Source of the DNA: Ylistrum balloti
Taxonomy: Eukaryota
NCBI RefSeq assembly: GCF_031769215.1
Contig: NW_026782463.1
Location: 930,001-994,000 of the forward strand
Direction: 5' to 3'
Length of the DNA stretch: 64,000 bases
Of this stretch, positions 52,320-64,000 are shown one piece after another. Under the pieces are notes generated by a model. That model was not told where the DNA came from, searched no databases, and saw only the letters and a list, made by a program, of their open reading frames with translations. Numbering within the stretch: position 1 is the stretch's first letter; each line of letters begins with the position of its first letter. The position numbers and the translations under genes were made by a program.

Positions 52320-53069
52320 TTCTGCTGTAGATGTATGAACGTCGACCGATGAAACCTTCTCCGTTGTTGGAGACACGACAGCAGGCGCAGTGCAATGGCG
52401 AATAATCAGGTGATTTTAGGACTAGACGCAGTTTCGTAATATATATAAATAAACATGTTGCGACATTCACTTCTATCACAGTACCAATAGATCCGATAAA
52501 AAAGACGTAATAGTAATATGAAGGATAATGGTTGATAAAATCATACAGAAAATTAAGCCTTTGCTGCTTCCTCTTACTTTCGTATTTAGACCTGTCAGAC
52601 GCAAGGGTTCGACGCTCAACAGGGAAACATTTTTTCAATCTTTCAGTAAGCTTAAACTGCTGAATAATAAAACTGTTAAGATCATAATAATTCTTTTCCT
52701 ATCACATCTATATGTATGTACATTAAGAAAATTTCAAAACTGACATTCATAGTAATTTTTACATAAATTTGTATTAGATAAATATAACCAGAGACATATA
52801 TAACACATGTGTTATATATGTCTCTGATATAACCGTCACACATTTGGTTACGAGACAGCCACTTAATCTGCATTTATATATGTATGTAAGAAGGTATACA
52901 TATATATGACACGTATTAGAGGACTCTATAAATAACTTCCTCCAATATGTGATGAAATTAGCGATAAATACCTACCATGTACATAAAAGTCCGTTATACG
53001 CATTCATGTGCCTACATATAGTTGTTATCACGTGTTGAGAAGAAAAGAAAGCAGCCTGTAAGATATTGT

Positions 53070-53810
53070 CTAACTTCCCCTTTTGGGGCCTCACTCCAAA
53101 TCTCTAGGGGTCGAATCAACTCGCTGAATTTAAGAAATGATAACCCACTTACATCAAAGCATTAAATGTTTCACACCAAATTTTGTTGAAATCTACCTAT
53201 GCATTAAAAGGGGTAGCGTTTTGAAGCAAACCATTACCTAATTTTCCCTTGTGGGGCCCCTTCCAAAAGTCCCTTGTGTGGATTGCATCAAATTTCTGAA
53301 TTTACGAAATGATTCCCCACTCTCAATGGTGTTAAAAACCCGATCTGGTTGAAATCCAGTTAAGGATAAGGAAAAAGTTGCATTTTGAAGCAAAATTAAG
53401 TTTCTCCTTAGGGCTTCGCTCCCAAGTCCCATGGGGTCGAACCAATTATCTGAATTTAAGAAATGATAACCCACCTACAATCATTTTCACACCTAATTTG
53501 GTTGAAATCTATCAAGGCATTAAGAAGGTGTAGCGTTTTGAAGCAAAACATTTTCTAATGTCCCCGTTTGGGGCCCCGCCCACAAATCCCTAGGGGTCGA
53601 ATCAAATTTCTAAATTTAGGAATTATTTGCCAACCCCTACTGATTTACCGATTTTATTTTAGAAAATGAAATCAATTTAAGCATTAAGGAAGAGCAGCGT
53701 TTTGAAGCAAAGTATTGTCTTACTACCCTTTTGTGTCCCATTCCAAGGTCCCTAGGGGTCGAATCAAATATCTTAATTTAAGAAATGATCCCCAACTCCC
53801 GATGATGTTT
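53070..53810. repeat. ~160-bp degenerate tandem repeat (5 units), probably the internal array of a Helentron-like element
   Basis: Recurring ggggtcgaatcaaat...aatttaagaaatgat and cgttttgaagcaaa motifs at ~160-bp spacing. Confidence 0.7.
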
Positions 53811-55188
53811 CAGACTATAATAATAACTGGTAAACATCATCCTAGTCGACACTAGAAAGATGTGTATTGATTTGTTGATTTAACTTTTTGGTGAATATAA
53901 AGTTCCTTAACTCACAACCAGTCTGGATTTATATGAGTGTCGACTAGGCTGCTGTGATCAAGTTATTATATTTAACGATATAGGGATATAGGTAACGCAT
54001 TAGATGAAGGAAAGGAGGTCAGAGCAGTGTGAAATTCTATAAGATCTGGCATAAGGGGTTGATTTATAAATTATAAAATTGCCGGAATAAGTTGTAATTT
54101 ACTTAGTTGGTTTATTGATTATGTAAAAAGAACGAATCGTCCTAAAGGGAAAGCTGTGTGTCGTTTCTGAACAAGGACATTAAAAAAAAATATCGAATGT
54201 GAAATTTTCACTCGGGAAGTAGCGAAGGTCAAAATCTAATCTCGAAAGTAAAATATTTGTTTCACGCACTGAAGGTAAAATCATATGCATATGTTTAAAA
54301 TAATCTTCATTTATTTTAATTATCCTATCAACATGGAGTCTAATTCTAACTAACTGTTAATTTTGATTAGTATTCATTTTCCCACATTTTTTCGGCCAGG
54401 ATAATGCTTGTCACATGACGTGGATAGAGATATTCATATAAGATTGTATTTCAATTCATAATATGCATTTTTTATTGAACAAACAATGTTCAAAAAGGCC
54501 TTGAAATGAAAAACTTTTTAAACTAAGATAGTCTAAACGTATGTCGCCTGTATAATTTATACACTTGGAAAAATAACGAAACTTTGTACGTCAAGAAACT
54601 TTATAAATAGCTATATACAGACAGTTTTTGTTTCTGTTAACTAGAACGACTGACACAGATATACCATCTCTCTACAGATCGAATTAAAAGGATTTCCTAG
54701 GTTATTATTTTAACCTGTGGGGTTTCTAGATATGATAATGGCAAGATAGACAAGAACATCTTTCAGATGAATGTTTGAGAAATGACAATTGGGTGCTTTG
54801 AAAATATCAAAAATCAAAAGATCTTGCAACTGAAAGATTAAATAAATAAACAAATAAATAAAAAATAAATAAATCCTACTCAATCTATGGGACATACGAT
54901 CATTTGAAAGATAATCAAGACGCTCCGAAAGCATATCCGGATGATCCGGATTTGAAGTAAGTCAGATTCTAACTTTAATTTGTACATGTACTGTAAAGAA
55001 AACGCTGAGCCCATTTCTGTCAAACGTTTTAAAGATAGTGTAAAAATCACGAACTTCACATGTGAGTGGCGGAGGTTACCGACTATGTACAACAAGGGAA
55101 ATGGTTAGGACAACTAAGTATAGTGTAAGGTAGCACCATTTTGGTGTTTGTAACATGGTTTAGTAGACGTAGTTGCTCAAAGAACACG

Positions 55189-58100
55189 ATGAGCGAACGA
55201 AGCAACAATGACAGTTTGAAGAAAAGTTGCGACACTATGAACAACATCACTCCGTGGCAGCAGATGATTTCATCATGCACAGGGGCAGTCCTTACCTCAT
55301 TTTTTGGTAGGCGCATTTGATTCAGCATTATCGTTCTCTCTTTTCTCGATATAGATCATATACACATCATCTGCTCTTGTCCTTAGATGCTTTGCTGATT
55401 TCATAACATGATTGTGATAACTGGGTCAAACAGAGCACGTGTGATCCCTCAGGTTACGAAAGGGTCAGCACACAGCTGATCATTAAAGAGTACTTGATTC
55501 TTGACGAACAACTACCTATAGTACAATAACAAGATACCCATATAAGATAACATATTTAAATTTTACAAAAAGAGATAATTGATGTACAGTCAGTATGTAA
55601 TTGGTTTGCACATGGACAGTTTTGGCAAATTTCATTGAATGCACATTATGTGCATTATAATAATGCTTCTGAATCAGAATGCATTCAGTTTTCTTTCATG
55701 GTAAATTCATGTAGATTCATGAATGCTTGTTTGATTTTGGTGTATACCAGAATAGTATGCAAAACAAAGTGTATGACCAGAATGTTGGTATGCACTGTTT
55801 GAAATTATCAATTCTTGTTGTGTTCATAAATAATCTAGATTCATAAATCAAGATAAATATCTTAAATGTATGGTTTGGTTCAACAATATCAATAATCAGA
55901 TCACAGTAGTATTAAAACTAAGGAACTTGTCATTTTTCGGAATTCTAGTCATTTCAGTACCAAGGTGTTTCAGTAGTTACAAAAGACGTTTCGGTACTTG
56001 CAAAATGGCTTACACAGAGCTAGATTGTCATTTTGAGTGAACATTTTTTCAGTAACGGAATGAGCAATATTTATTAATAACAAAACACCTTAAAAAACCT
56101 AATTAAATACATTAATCAAAACATCTTTAAAAGTGTCGAAAATGACTTATTTTGGAAGTACTGAAATCACCTGGTACTTGCCATCTTTTTTTGTTGTTAT
56201 TGTCAGTTTTTAGTATTGTCTGATTTTCCACCACTGCACTATTTTTTTTTGTTTTGTGTCCACAACAGTGGTATGGTTGCTATGATCATTGTTATTGTCA
56301 TCAATTATTTAATGTTTCAGTATATATATACTAAAACGAAAAAGAAACGCTGTGTAACCTAAAAAGATTCTTTTAAATGATATAATTTAATGTCACATTA
56401 TTTCATTCATTTTTGTATACAATTTCATCTGTTTGGAACCATTTATTGAAGGTTCTATCGATTATCAATGCTAATTATGCCAAAAATATCCCCCTTTTAG
56501 CGATGACCCTACTTGTATTGCGCAATATGGCTGGACATTTCAGTATCTTGTGTGTCCTCCATGCGCAGCTGGCCAATCAATTGGGATTACGTTATTGTTG
56601 GCCGACATGGGGCCGGGATTCTTCTATGCATGGAATTCATTGCTAGGTCTAAAATTTCCACTAGCAAAAATTTAGCAATTTTTTGGTGAATAGGTTTGAC
56701 TTTTATTTACTGTTATAATTGAGTGATATTGGAAAAGTTATCCAAGACATTGGATAAGAATGGCTGATTGCTACCTGTATCAACATTTTAAATCTATATA
56801 ACTTTGAATTTATCAGTTTTCTTTTTTTCATGTATGAGCTACATCTAATCTGACTGTCATATGATCAGATCCATTTATAAATGTAACTGTACCCAAATTT
56901 ATATTATTTAAAAAATTGTTCACATTAACGATCATTTCAATAAATTATTATCAAGACAACTATCTTCCGTATTCTCGGCAGTCATTGCGCCATACTGTAT
57001 TAACAACATCGTTACTAGATGATTTGTTGTATCTTAGAATAATATTCAAACTTTTTTTCTCATTTCCGTACCGTTTTTAACGTGGCTGTATATGCACGTT
57101 GTTGTGGCGGTGATTTTATATCAGCAGCGTCAGGAGAAACGCTCTCCGATTTCGACGATTTTTTTTTCAGAAGGGCCAGGCTGTGGCTGTTGACTATTGT
57201 CTTGGTCATCGCAAGCACTGTCAGATGCTTTCCTTTTGAAAAAGTTTGTTATCATAGCTGATATGTCGCATTTCACATAATGAGCAGACAGAAATCGTAG
57301 AGTTTTCCAAGAAACTTTTTATTCGGTTTACACATAACTATCAAGGGAAAAACTGGAGGAATTCCGAATGTATTGATAATCTATGTCACTTTAGCGTTCG
57401 TAACCTATTTACTCATTTAAAGGCAGACGGAGAAAGGCATTTTGTGGCAGATGTTTCGTCAAAAAATAGTGATTAGGTATAGTTCATTTCCACTCTCACT
57501 ATTTCATTATTTTCCAGCTAGCAATTACCAGATTTTAGCTGGAATTTTGCTAGTTGTATATAGTTAATTTCGAACCCTGCCTTACGCCGGTTAAATTACC
57601 GTCAATCACGATCAGGGGTGATTTAAACCCATAGGAGATACCGCCCCAAACACATACTGAATCACCACCAAATCTATCTTGCTCAGCGACGGTGTAACGT
57701 TCCCCTCAACGTCGATATACATGACGTCACCAGTCCGAACGGTAGAGAGTGAGCCGGGTTTCGTCAGTGAAGAATACCCGTCTTCATTGCCTCATAGGAA
57801 AATTTCTGGGCGAGTGTGCTTGTAACCAAGCCAATTGGCGTTGGCGACGTGCAGGAGTTAGGGGTAGACCAATATAGGGATGTCGGGCTCTTAGGCCATT
57901 GAAGCGTAATCGGATTTGAACCGTATCAGGATGAATATGGCTGTGAGATGGCGATTACGTAAGTGAGAAAGTCTTATAAACCGATCCAGAAGTGGCATCG
58001 TGATGCGCGGACGTCCACTTCGCGGTCGGTCGATGACCCTCCCTGTCACTCGCACACGTTGGACAAGACGTTGAATTGTCCGAATATGCACACCAAAATG

Positions 58101-61100
58101 TGCAGCAACCTGAAGTTGGCCCTGACCCTGCAAAAGCATTCCTATAGCCTGTCCCCGCTGGACTTCCGTCATTCGTGGCATGGATGTAAATTGCTTAATT
58201 CGAATCAAACTTTGAAAAATCAATCCAAATACTTGAACAGTATCAAATAGACTGAAAATTTCCATTGGTGAACTCAATGACCTTCCCCTGCACGGGATTC
58301 TTGTATTTTAGCACGTGCCTTGCATGGAGCGCGGAGGTCAGGTATTGTGTGATTTTAAACAAGTGTACCTAGTGACCGCGAACAACACAACCTGACCGAG
58401 TGGCATTATTCTAGGCCAAGCAATAAATCATTTGTAGTATATTTAGTGTACCTGGCGTTTCTTTTTCGTGTTAATATACATTCAATACCGATGGTCAGTT
58501 TGTGACGATTGACAATTCTTTATTTACTGTCAGTGGTGGAGACTGGCATTTAGCAGTGTTTTATCTAGCAAATATTTATAGTCTTCATCAAAGAATAGCA
58601 CAGAAATTACTGATGAAACCAGGCAAATCACTCTTCTGCACAGGAAATGAAACACCTTAATTGTAAATATTTTAGTTCAGCCTTTTGATAATCATTGGGA
58701 ATGCATTTTCTGTTTGCTTGGTTCTTTTATTTTTCATTTTTATATTTTGTAAAAGATGTAAAAAACGTTCAGAGATAAGAATGTCACAAGAGTCGATTGG
58801 AACCAAGGGAAAACAGTCCTGGCTGTACACTTGGTTTGCTTGTTTACAAGTATAGACGAAAAACCTCAAGCGTTTGTGTACTATTACTTGTATTTGTTTG
58901 TATACAATGTGGATAAAGCAGCCACATCGATGGTAAATCATCAGAGATGCAGTTTTCAGTGTCAAGAATATGTGTATTCAATGACTAAATGTTGAAATAC
59001 AGATGGTATGACTCAACAGAATAGACATTCTGAATGTGAAATGATATATTGTCATGATAAGAGAATCAAGAAATTTGAGAAATCAGGGTGTTTTAATCAC
59101 CACTCTTCTCAAAAGCAGATAATCACCACCGTATTTATATGTGCAAATCAGATTATGCACAGTGCATACCAAATAGGTTGCATCTCCTGTGCACTCATCC
59201 TTAGACAGTTAAAATTGATTTTTTATAGAAGGCTTATGACAATTCAGAATATTTTTGGATGTTAGATAATGCACTGGAATTCTATAGAAATCCTCTGAAT
59301 GATGAACTCAGAATGATTGCTGTACAGGTAAATTATAAGTGTTTTTTTAAAACTAACAGCTGGTAAGCAGACAAATTGCCTCTCCTAATTTGGTGCAATC
59401 ATGTTTAAGTGTGGAATTACTTTTTTGCAAATTAGCACCAAAAAAGTGAAAATTTAGAGCATCCCCAATAATTACTATATAAGCAACATATAGAAATTGC
59501 TGTTAGCGCATTCATATTTTAGCAAAATATTTTCAGTGTGGAAAACACTAACATTTATAACATGTCCAGAGTATTATAATAACATTCAGTGTGTATGTGT
59601 AAAAATTCATAAAGATTTTTAATCAATTTATACCTTTTCAGTGACGCCATTAGATGTTGTGAAGATCAGACTGCAGGCTCAGAAAAGTCCTATGAAGAGG
59701 GGGCAGTGCTTTCTCTACTGTAATGGACTGATGGATCATGTCTGTTGGTGTCGGAACGGGAACGGCAATAATACAAAGCCTGTACATTGGTATAAAAGAG
59801 GCTTACCGGAGCCTTTCACTGGCACCCTCGTATGTATTTTATTTTTCATATTCTGTATTAAATGTAAATGATTTCTCAAATTTTTTTCACCAGTCGGGGG
59901 AAACTAATTCCAAGTATAAAATGTCACAATATGGCCAATTAAATCATTATGAAAGACTGATATAACTTGTGTTCCTCAAAATAGTTTTTTTTTTCAACAT
60001 AAGACATTTATTAGGTGGGATGGGGTCCAGTTTGTAATGCACTGACCTTTCACTGAGGTGATTGAGGTTTCCTTCCCTAATTGAAAGTGAAAAGAGTGGT
60101 TTATCTATGTGCAAAGAGTATGTAGGGTTTGATACCTTATCCTGTTTATGAATATTTAATGATATTAAGTCTAGTCAACAGTACAGATGTACAGATATGT
60201 TTAAATGAATGTTTTCCCCGTTTTTAGGATGCCTTTATAAAGATTTCCAGACGAGAAGGCCCAACATCGTTATGGAGTGGTCTCCCTCCAACATTGTAAG
60301 TCAATATTTATCTCCACATCAATCAATGTATTGTAATGTCCTCTTTCTTAAATATTTATTATTGTTAAAGACACTTCTATAAAATATGAATTATACCACT
60401 ATGCTAAACTCAGCCAGTTAAAAGAATTTTAAAAACTTGCCAGCACTGATTTCATACAGATTTCTTAGTGGAAAATTGATAATCAATTTGATGAGCACTA
60501 GTTTTCAACAATGTGATGAAAAAGAACCAGTTAATACTATCTTGAAAAATGAAGATTATCCTCTATGTTATCTGTGTGTGTTTCACTACATGGACAGAGT
60601 GATGGCTGTTCCTGCTACAGTTGTCTACTTTACCTGTTATGAGCAATGTCGGAACAAGCTTGGATACAGAGACGGGCTACAAGAGGGGCAGTGGTGGAAA
60701 CCTATGGCTGCTGGAGTGGTGGCCAGAAGTATGTAACATCTGTATCAGTCTCGTTCTGGTGTTCTTGTTATTTGTTATTATGTGTAATTGGTTTTGGTTT
60801 CTGTACAGCCATGTGTGTATTTGGTTTTGGTTTCTGTACAGTTGGATGTGTAATTGGTATGGTTTCTGTTCAACCAGGTGTGTATTTAATGTGTGTTTCT
60901 GTACAGTTAGATGTGTATTTGGTATAGTTTCTGTTCAACCAGGTGTGTATTTAATGTGTGTTTCTGTACAGTTAGATGTGTATTTGATGTGTGTTTCTGT
61001 ATAGTTAGATGTGTAGTTAATGTGTGTTTCTGTACAGTTAGATGTGTATTTGATGTGTGCTTCTGTACGGTTAGATGTGTATTTGGTTTTGGTTTCTGTA

Positions 61101-63363
61101 CAGTCAGATGTGTAATTGGTGTTGGTTTCTGTACAGTCAGATGTGTAATTGGTGTTGGTTTCTGTACAGCCATGTGTGTATTTGGTATTGGTTTCTGTAC
61201 AACCAGGTGTGTATTTGATGTGTGTTTCTGTACAGTTAGATGTGTAATTGATGTGTGCTTCTGTACAGTCAGATGTGTAATTGGTGTTGGTTTCTGTACA
61301 GTCAGATGTGTAATTGGTGTTGGTTTCTGTACAGCCATGTGTGTATTTGGTATTGGTTTCTGTACAGCCATGTGTGTATATGGTATTGGTTTCTGTACAA
61401 CCAGGTGTGTACTTGGTATTGGTTTCTCTATAGCCATGTGTGTATTTGGTATTGGTTTCTGTACAGCCATGTGTGTACTTGGTTTTGGTTTCTGTACAGC
61501 CATGTGTGTATTTGGTATTGGTTTCTGTACAGTCAGATGTGTGTACTTAGTTTTGGTTTCTGTACAGTCAGATGTGTGTACTTAGTTTTGGTTTCTGTAC
61601 AGTCAGATGTGTGTACTTAGTTTTGGTTTCTGTACAGTCAGATGTGTGTACTTGGTTTTGGTTTCTATGACTTGGTGTCTGTTTGGATTTGGTTTCTGTT
61701 CAGTCAGTTGTGTATTAAGTGTCAATGTTTTTTCAGCTTTGCCTATATACATATCTACAGTGTTGATATCTTTTTGACCTAGTCTGCCTACACTTTTTGA
61801 ATTTTTAAAATTTTTTAGTCTGGTCATTATATATATAGTGTTGGTTTCCTTTTCAGCCTGGGCTGTGACGTTAATTAGCCCTCTGGAGATGGTACGTACC
61901 AAGATGCAGTCAGAACAGCTCAGTTATACTGCAGTTTGGCAAAGTGTCAGGAAAATGGTTAGACAAGAAGGAATCATTCGACTGTGGATGGGTCTAGGTC
62001 CCACGTTACTCCGAGATGTTCCCTTTTCTGGTAAGATTATTCTCTTTTCTTTTATACTCGTTTTTAAAGTCTTTTGAGTATGCATGTTTGTTGTCAGAAT
62101 GACATTGTTGATGCTCTCGCCTTTTATCTTTGCCCCTTTCATTTACATTGGGGGTCGATGGGAGTGGAAGGGGATTATTTTTTACCATTTTTAGTGTTAC
62201 CAATATTTGTCCATCTCATCTGGTTACATATTGTTCTGTCTAGATTTACACTATATCTTAAGAATCTAACAATAGATTTTATTCATATTTCCCGTGTAGT
62301 TTCATAAGATCAAGTTCTAGTCCTGATCAGATTCTGGTGACCAGGGTGTTCATGTCTTATAGACATTCTCTTGTTTATTATCAATGTTAGTAACACTGAC
62401 TGACATACAAAAGTAATTGACTTGATCCTCCTCATTTCTTTGTTTTACAGCTCTGTACTGGTTTGGTTATGAAAGCTTTCGATCAATGCTGCAGAGAATT
62501 CATGGGAAAATAAGAATTGGTTTCTGGGATAATTTCTTTGCTGGTGCTGCTTCAGGAGCAGTAAGTATATTGTTAATATAATAATATCAGTGCCGAGTAA
62601 CTGAATATGGTATCTGTGCTGCATCACAGTATATATAATATCAGTGCTGAGTAACTTTATATAACATTAGTGCCGAGTAACTGAATATGGTATCTGTGCT
62701 ACATCACAGTATATATAATATCAGTGCTGAGTAACTTTATATAACATAAGTACCTAGTAACTGAATATGGTATCTGTGCTGAGTCACAGTATATATAATA
62801 TCAGTGCTGAGTAACTTTATATAACATAAGTGCCAAGTAACTGAATATGGTATCTGTGCTGAGTCACAGTATATATAATATCTGTGCTGCATCACAGCTT
62901 ATATAATATCTGTGCCGAGTAACTGAATATAATATCTGTGGTGAGTCACAGCTTACATAATATCTGTGCTGCATCAAAGCTTATATAATATCTGTGCTGC
63001 ATCACAGTTTATATAATATCTGTGTTGAGTCACAGTTTATATAATATCTGTGGAGAGTAACTGAATATGGAATCTGTGTTTTGTCACTGTTTATATAATA
63101 ATATCAGTGCTAAGCCAAAGTTAAATTATATCAATGTATTTGTTCATACAATTTGTGTATGGTTACTAAGCCAGTACATTTATCTGTGGTGTATCTGTGG
63201 TGAGTCACAGTTTATTTAAAGAAATATGGAAATCTTCTGATACTTTTATATATTGACAATTAACGCTATCATTTATCACAGATTGCAGCCATCATAACAC
63301 TGCCATTTGATGTCATCAAAACTCACCGACAGATAGAGCTGGGAAATGTGATGGGCTCCTCAG
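55189..63363 (+). CDS. SLC25A40: Mitochondrial carrier SLC25A39/40 (glutathione-transporter family), 3'-incomplete; exons 55189-55306, 59642-59829, 60228-60295, 60598-60728, 61857-62030, 62451-62560, 63282-63363
   Basis: Family-specific motifs [31 protein letters not shown], the Cys loop [72 protein letters not shown] and [16 protein letters not shown]. All introns are GT-AG and in phase. A probable non-coding first exon ends at 54956 (GTAAGT). SLC25A39 and SLC25A40 cannot be resolved. Confidence 0.94.
56329..58476 (-). mobile_element. Decayed Tc1-family transposon in an SLC25A39/40 intron
   Basis: Inverted termini tatactaaaacgaaaaagaaacgc (56327-56350) and gcgtttctttttcgtgttaatata (58455-58478), 2 mismatches, including TA. 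Coding remnants: [16 protein letters not shown]...RPRSGRPR (from 58181), then RHPYIG...VFFTDETR...[15 protein letters not shown]...IDGNLTG (to ~57580, with stops), and the C-terminal NSMHRR...AAHGGHTRY* (stop at 56540-56542). Confidence 0.9.
56644..57579 (-). mobile_element. hAT-like non-autonomous insertion nested in the Tc1 transposase
   Basis: One end reads cagggttcgaaattaac on the minus strand (57579-57563; CAGGG-type TIR). The other end (taggtctaaaatt, 56644) is degenerate. ctagcaaaa motifs occur near both ends. It occupies the place of the missing part of the Tc1 DDE core. No TSD is visible. Confidence 0.55.
60770..61700. repeat. 33-bp minisatellite in an SLC25A39/40 intron (~28 units)
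   Basis: Unit ggtttctgtacagtcagatgtgtaattggtgtt and variants; stop-free in some frames, producing the Cys/Val-rich and QKP/TH ORFs. Confidence 0.95.
62575..63110. repeat. 80-bp tandem repeat (4 copies) built from ~27-bp subunits, decaying into subunits
   Basis: gtgccgagtaactgaatatggtatctgtgct...tatataacat(t/a)a recurs at 62590, 62670, 62750 and 62830. Confidence 0.85.
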
Positions 63364-64000
63364 GTAAAATACATATTCAGTACCAGGAGTAGAGTTGATT
63401 ATAACTATCATTAGCAACATAACATTCTTTTATAATGAGAAATATATTGTTTGATTTCTGATGAATGACTGAGATATATCATATTCTCACATAAACACCA
63501 TTATCAGTGTAGTAGAACCAATTACAGGCAATGTTTTGCCATGTGTGATATGTCCTACTTAGGCAGTGATTGGTTGAAGGTTCCAAATGTTTCTGGTTTG
63601 ATGGTGTAACTTCATCGTATTTATACGCTTTGTGGAAGAGATAAAGAGTGAAAATAGGACCAAAATTAGATTTTGTATCCCTCTGAGGAAGTGTTGTTTT
63701 CATGCATTATGCAGAATTATGATAAGTTATGTGATGAATAGTACCTTAAATTTGTTCCATTTTATGGTAAAACAAAAAGATTTCATAAATCTCACATGGA
63801 ATAGGAATGAATGTTAAATCCTCTATATACCCACTTGTTAGAGTAATCTTAACAGGATTTAAATCACCCTATTGGGATAATAATTTATGATGGGTAATTC
63901 AATGAGATGAAGATTGTACAAGATTTAAAATAGGCTTTTTAATGATTTGTATAAAAAGAGATTTGCCTCTTACGAGGAATTTCTGGTGATTGCTCTAGCA

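Noticed and set aside
52213-52638. 141-aa minus-strand ORF near the tetraspanin start
   Set aside because: It overlaps the true exon 1 in a different frame and has no domain signal.
57905-57930. GGTTCAAATCC B-box-like motif on the minus strand suggesting a tRNA or SINE
   Set aside because: It falls within the Tc1 coding remnant ([14 protein letters not shown]) and has no A-box or cloverleaf.
60621-61620. Cys-rich metallothionein- or keratin-like ORF and the antisense QKP/TH ORF
   Set aside because: Both lie wholly in an SLC25A39/40 intron and mirror a 33-bp repeat that is open on both strands.

Overview
AT-rich, intron-rich animal genomic DNA, most likely a bivalve mollusc (inferred from the repeat types and the RING-less TRIM/NHL gene; not verified). 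It is not prokaryotic, and there are no CRISPR arrays or rRNA/tRNA genes. Six host genes were reconstructed by hand from splice sites and protein motifs: the last exon of ABRACL/Costars (+), a single-exon B-box/coiled-coil/NHL TRIM-like gene (-), CIAO1 (-), RSU1 (+, 9 exons, head-to-head with CIAO1), a TSPAN13/31 tetraspanin (-, 5 exons, one U12-type intron) and SLC25A39/40 (+, runs off the end of the window). About ten tandem arrays explain most of the long low-complexity ORFs in the track. The most notable elements are: (i) a 5.2-kb TIR transposon in tetraspanin intron 1 that sits between AAA and TTT with no TSD (Spy-like target). It carries a PIF/Harbinger-ISL2EU-like DDE transposase with a C-terminal SWIM finger, one frameshift, and a splice acceptor in phase with host exon 1. 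(ii) A 976-bp no-TSD element with a 60-bp-arm hairpin, inserted precisely into a 50-bp minisatellite. (iii) A decayed Tc1 element with a nested hAT-like insertion. I found no evidence for a wholly new multi-gene system; the best candidates for novelty are these elements and a possible host-transposase exon trap.
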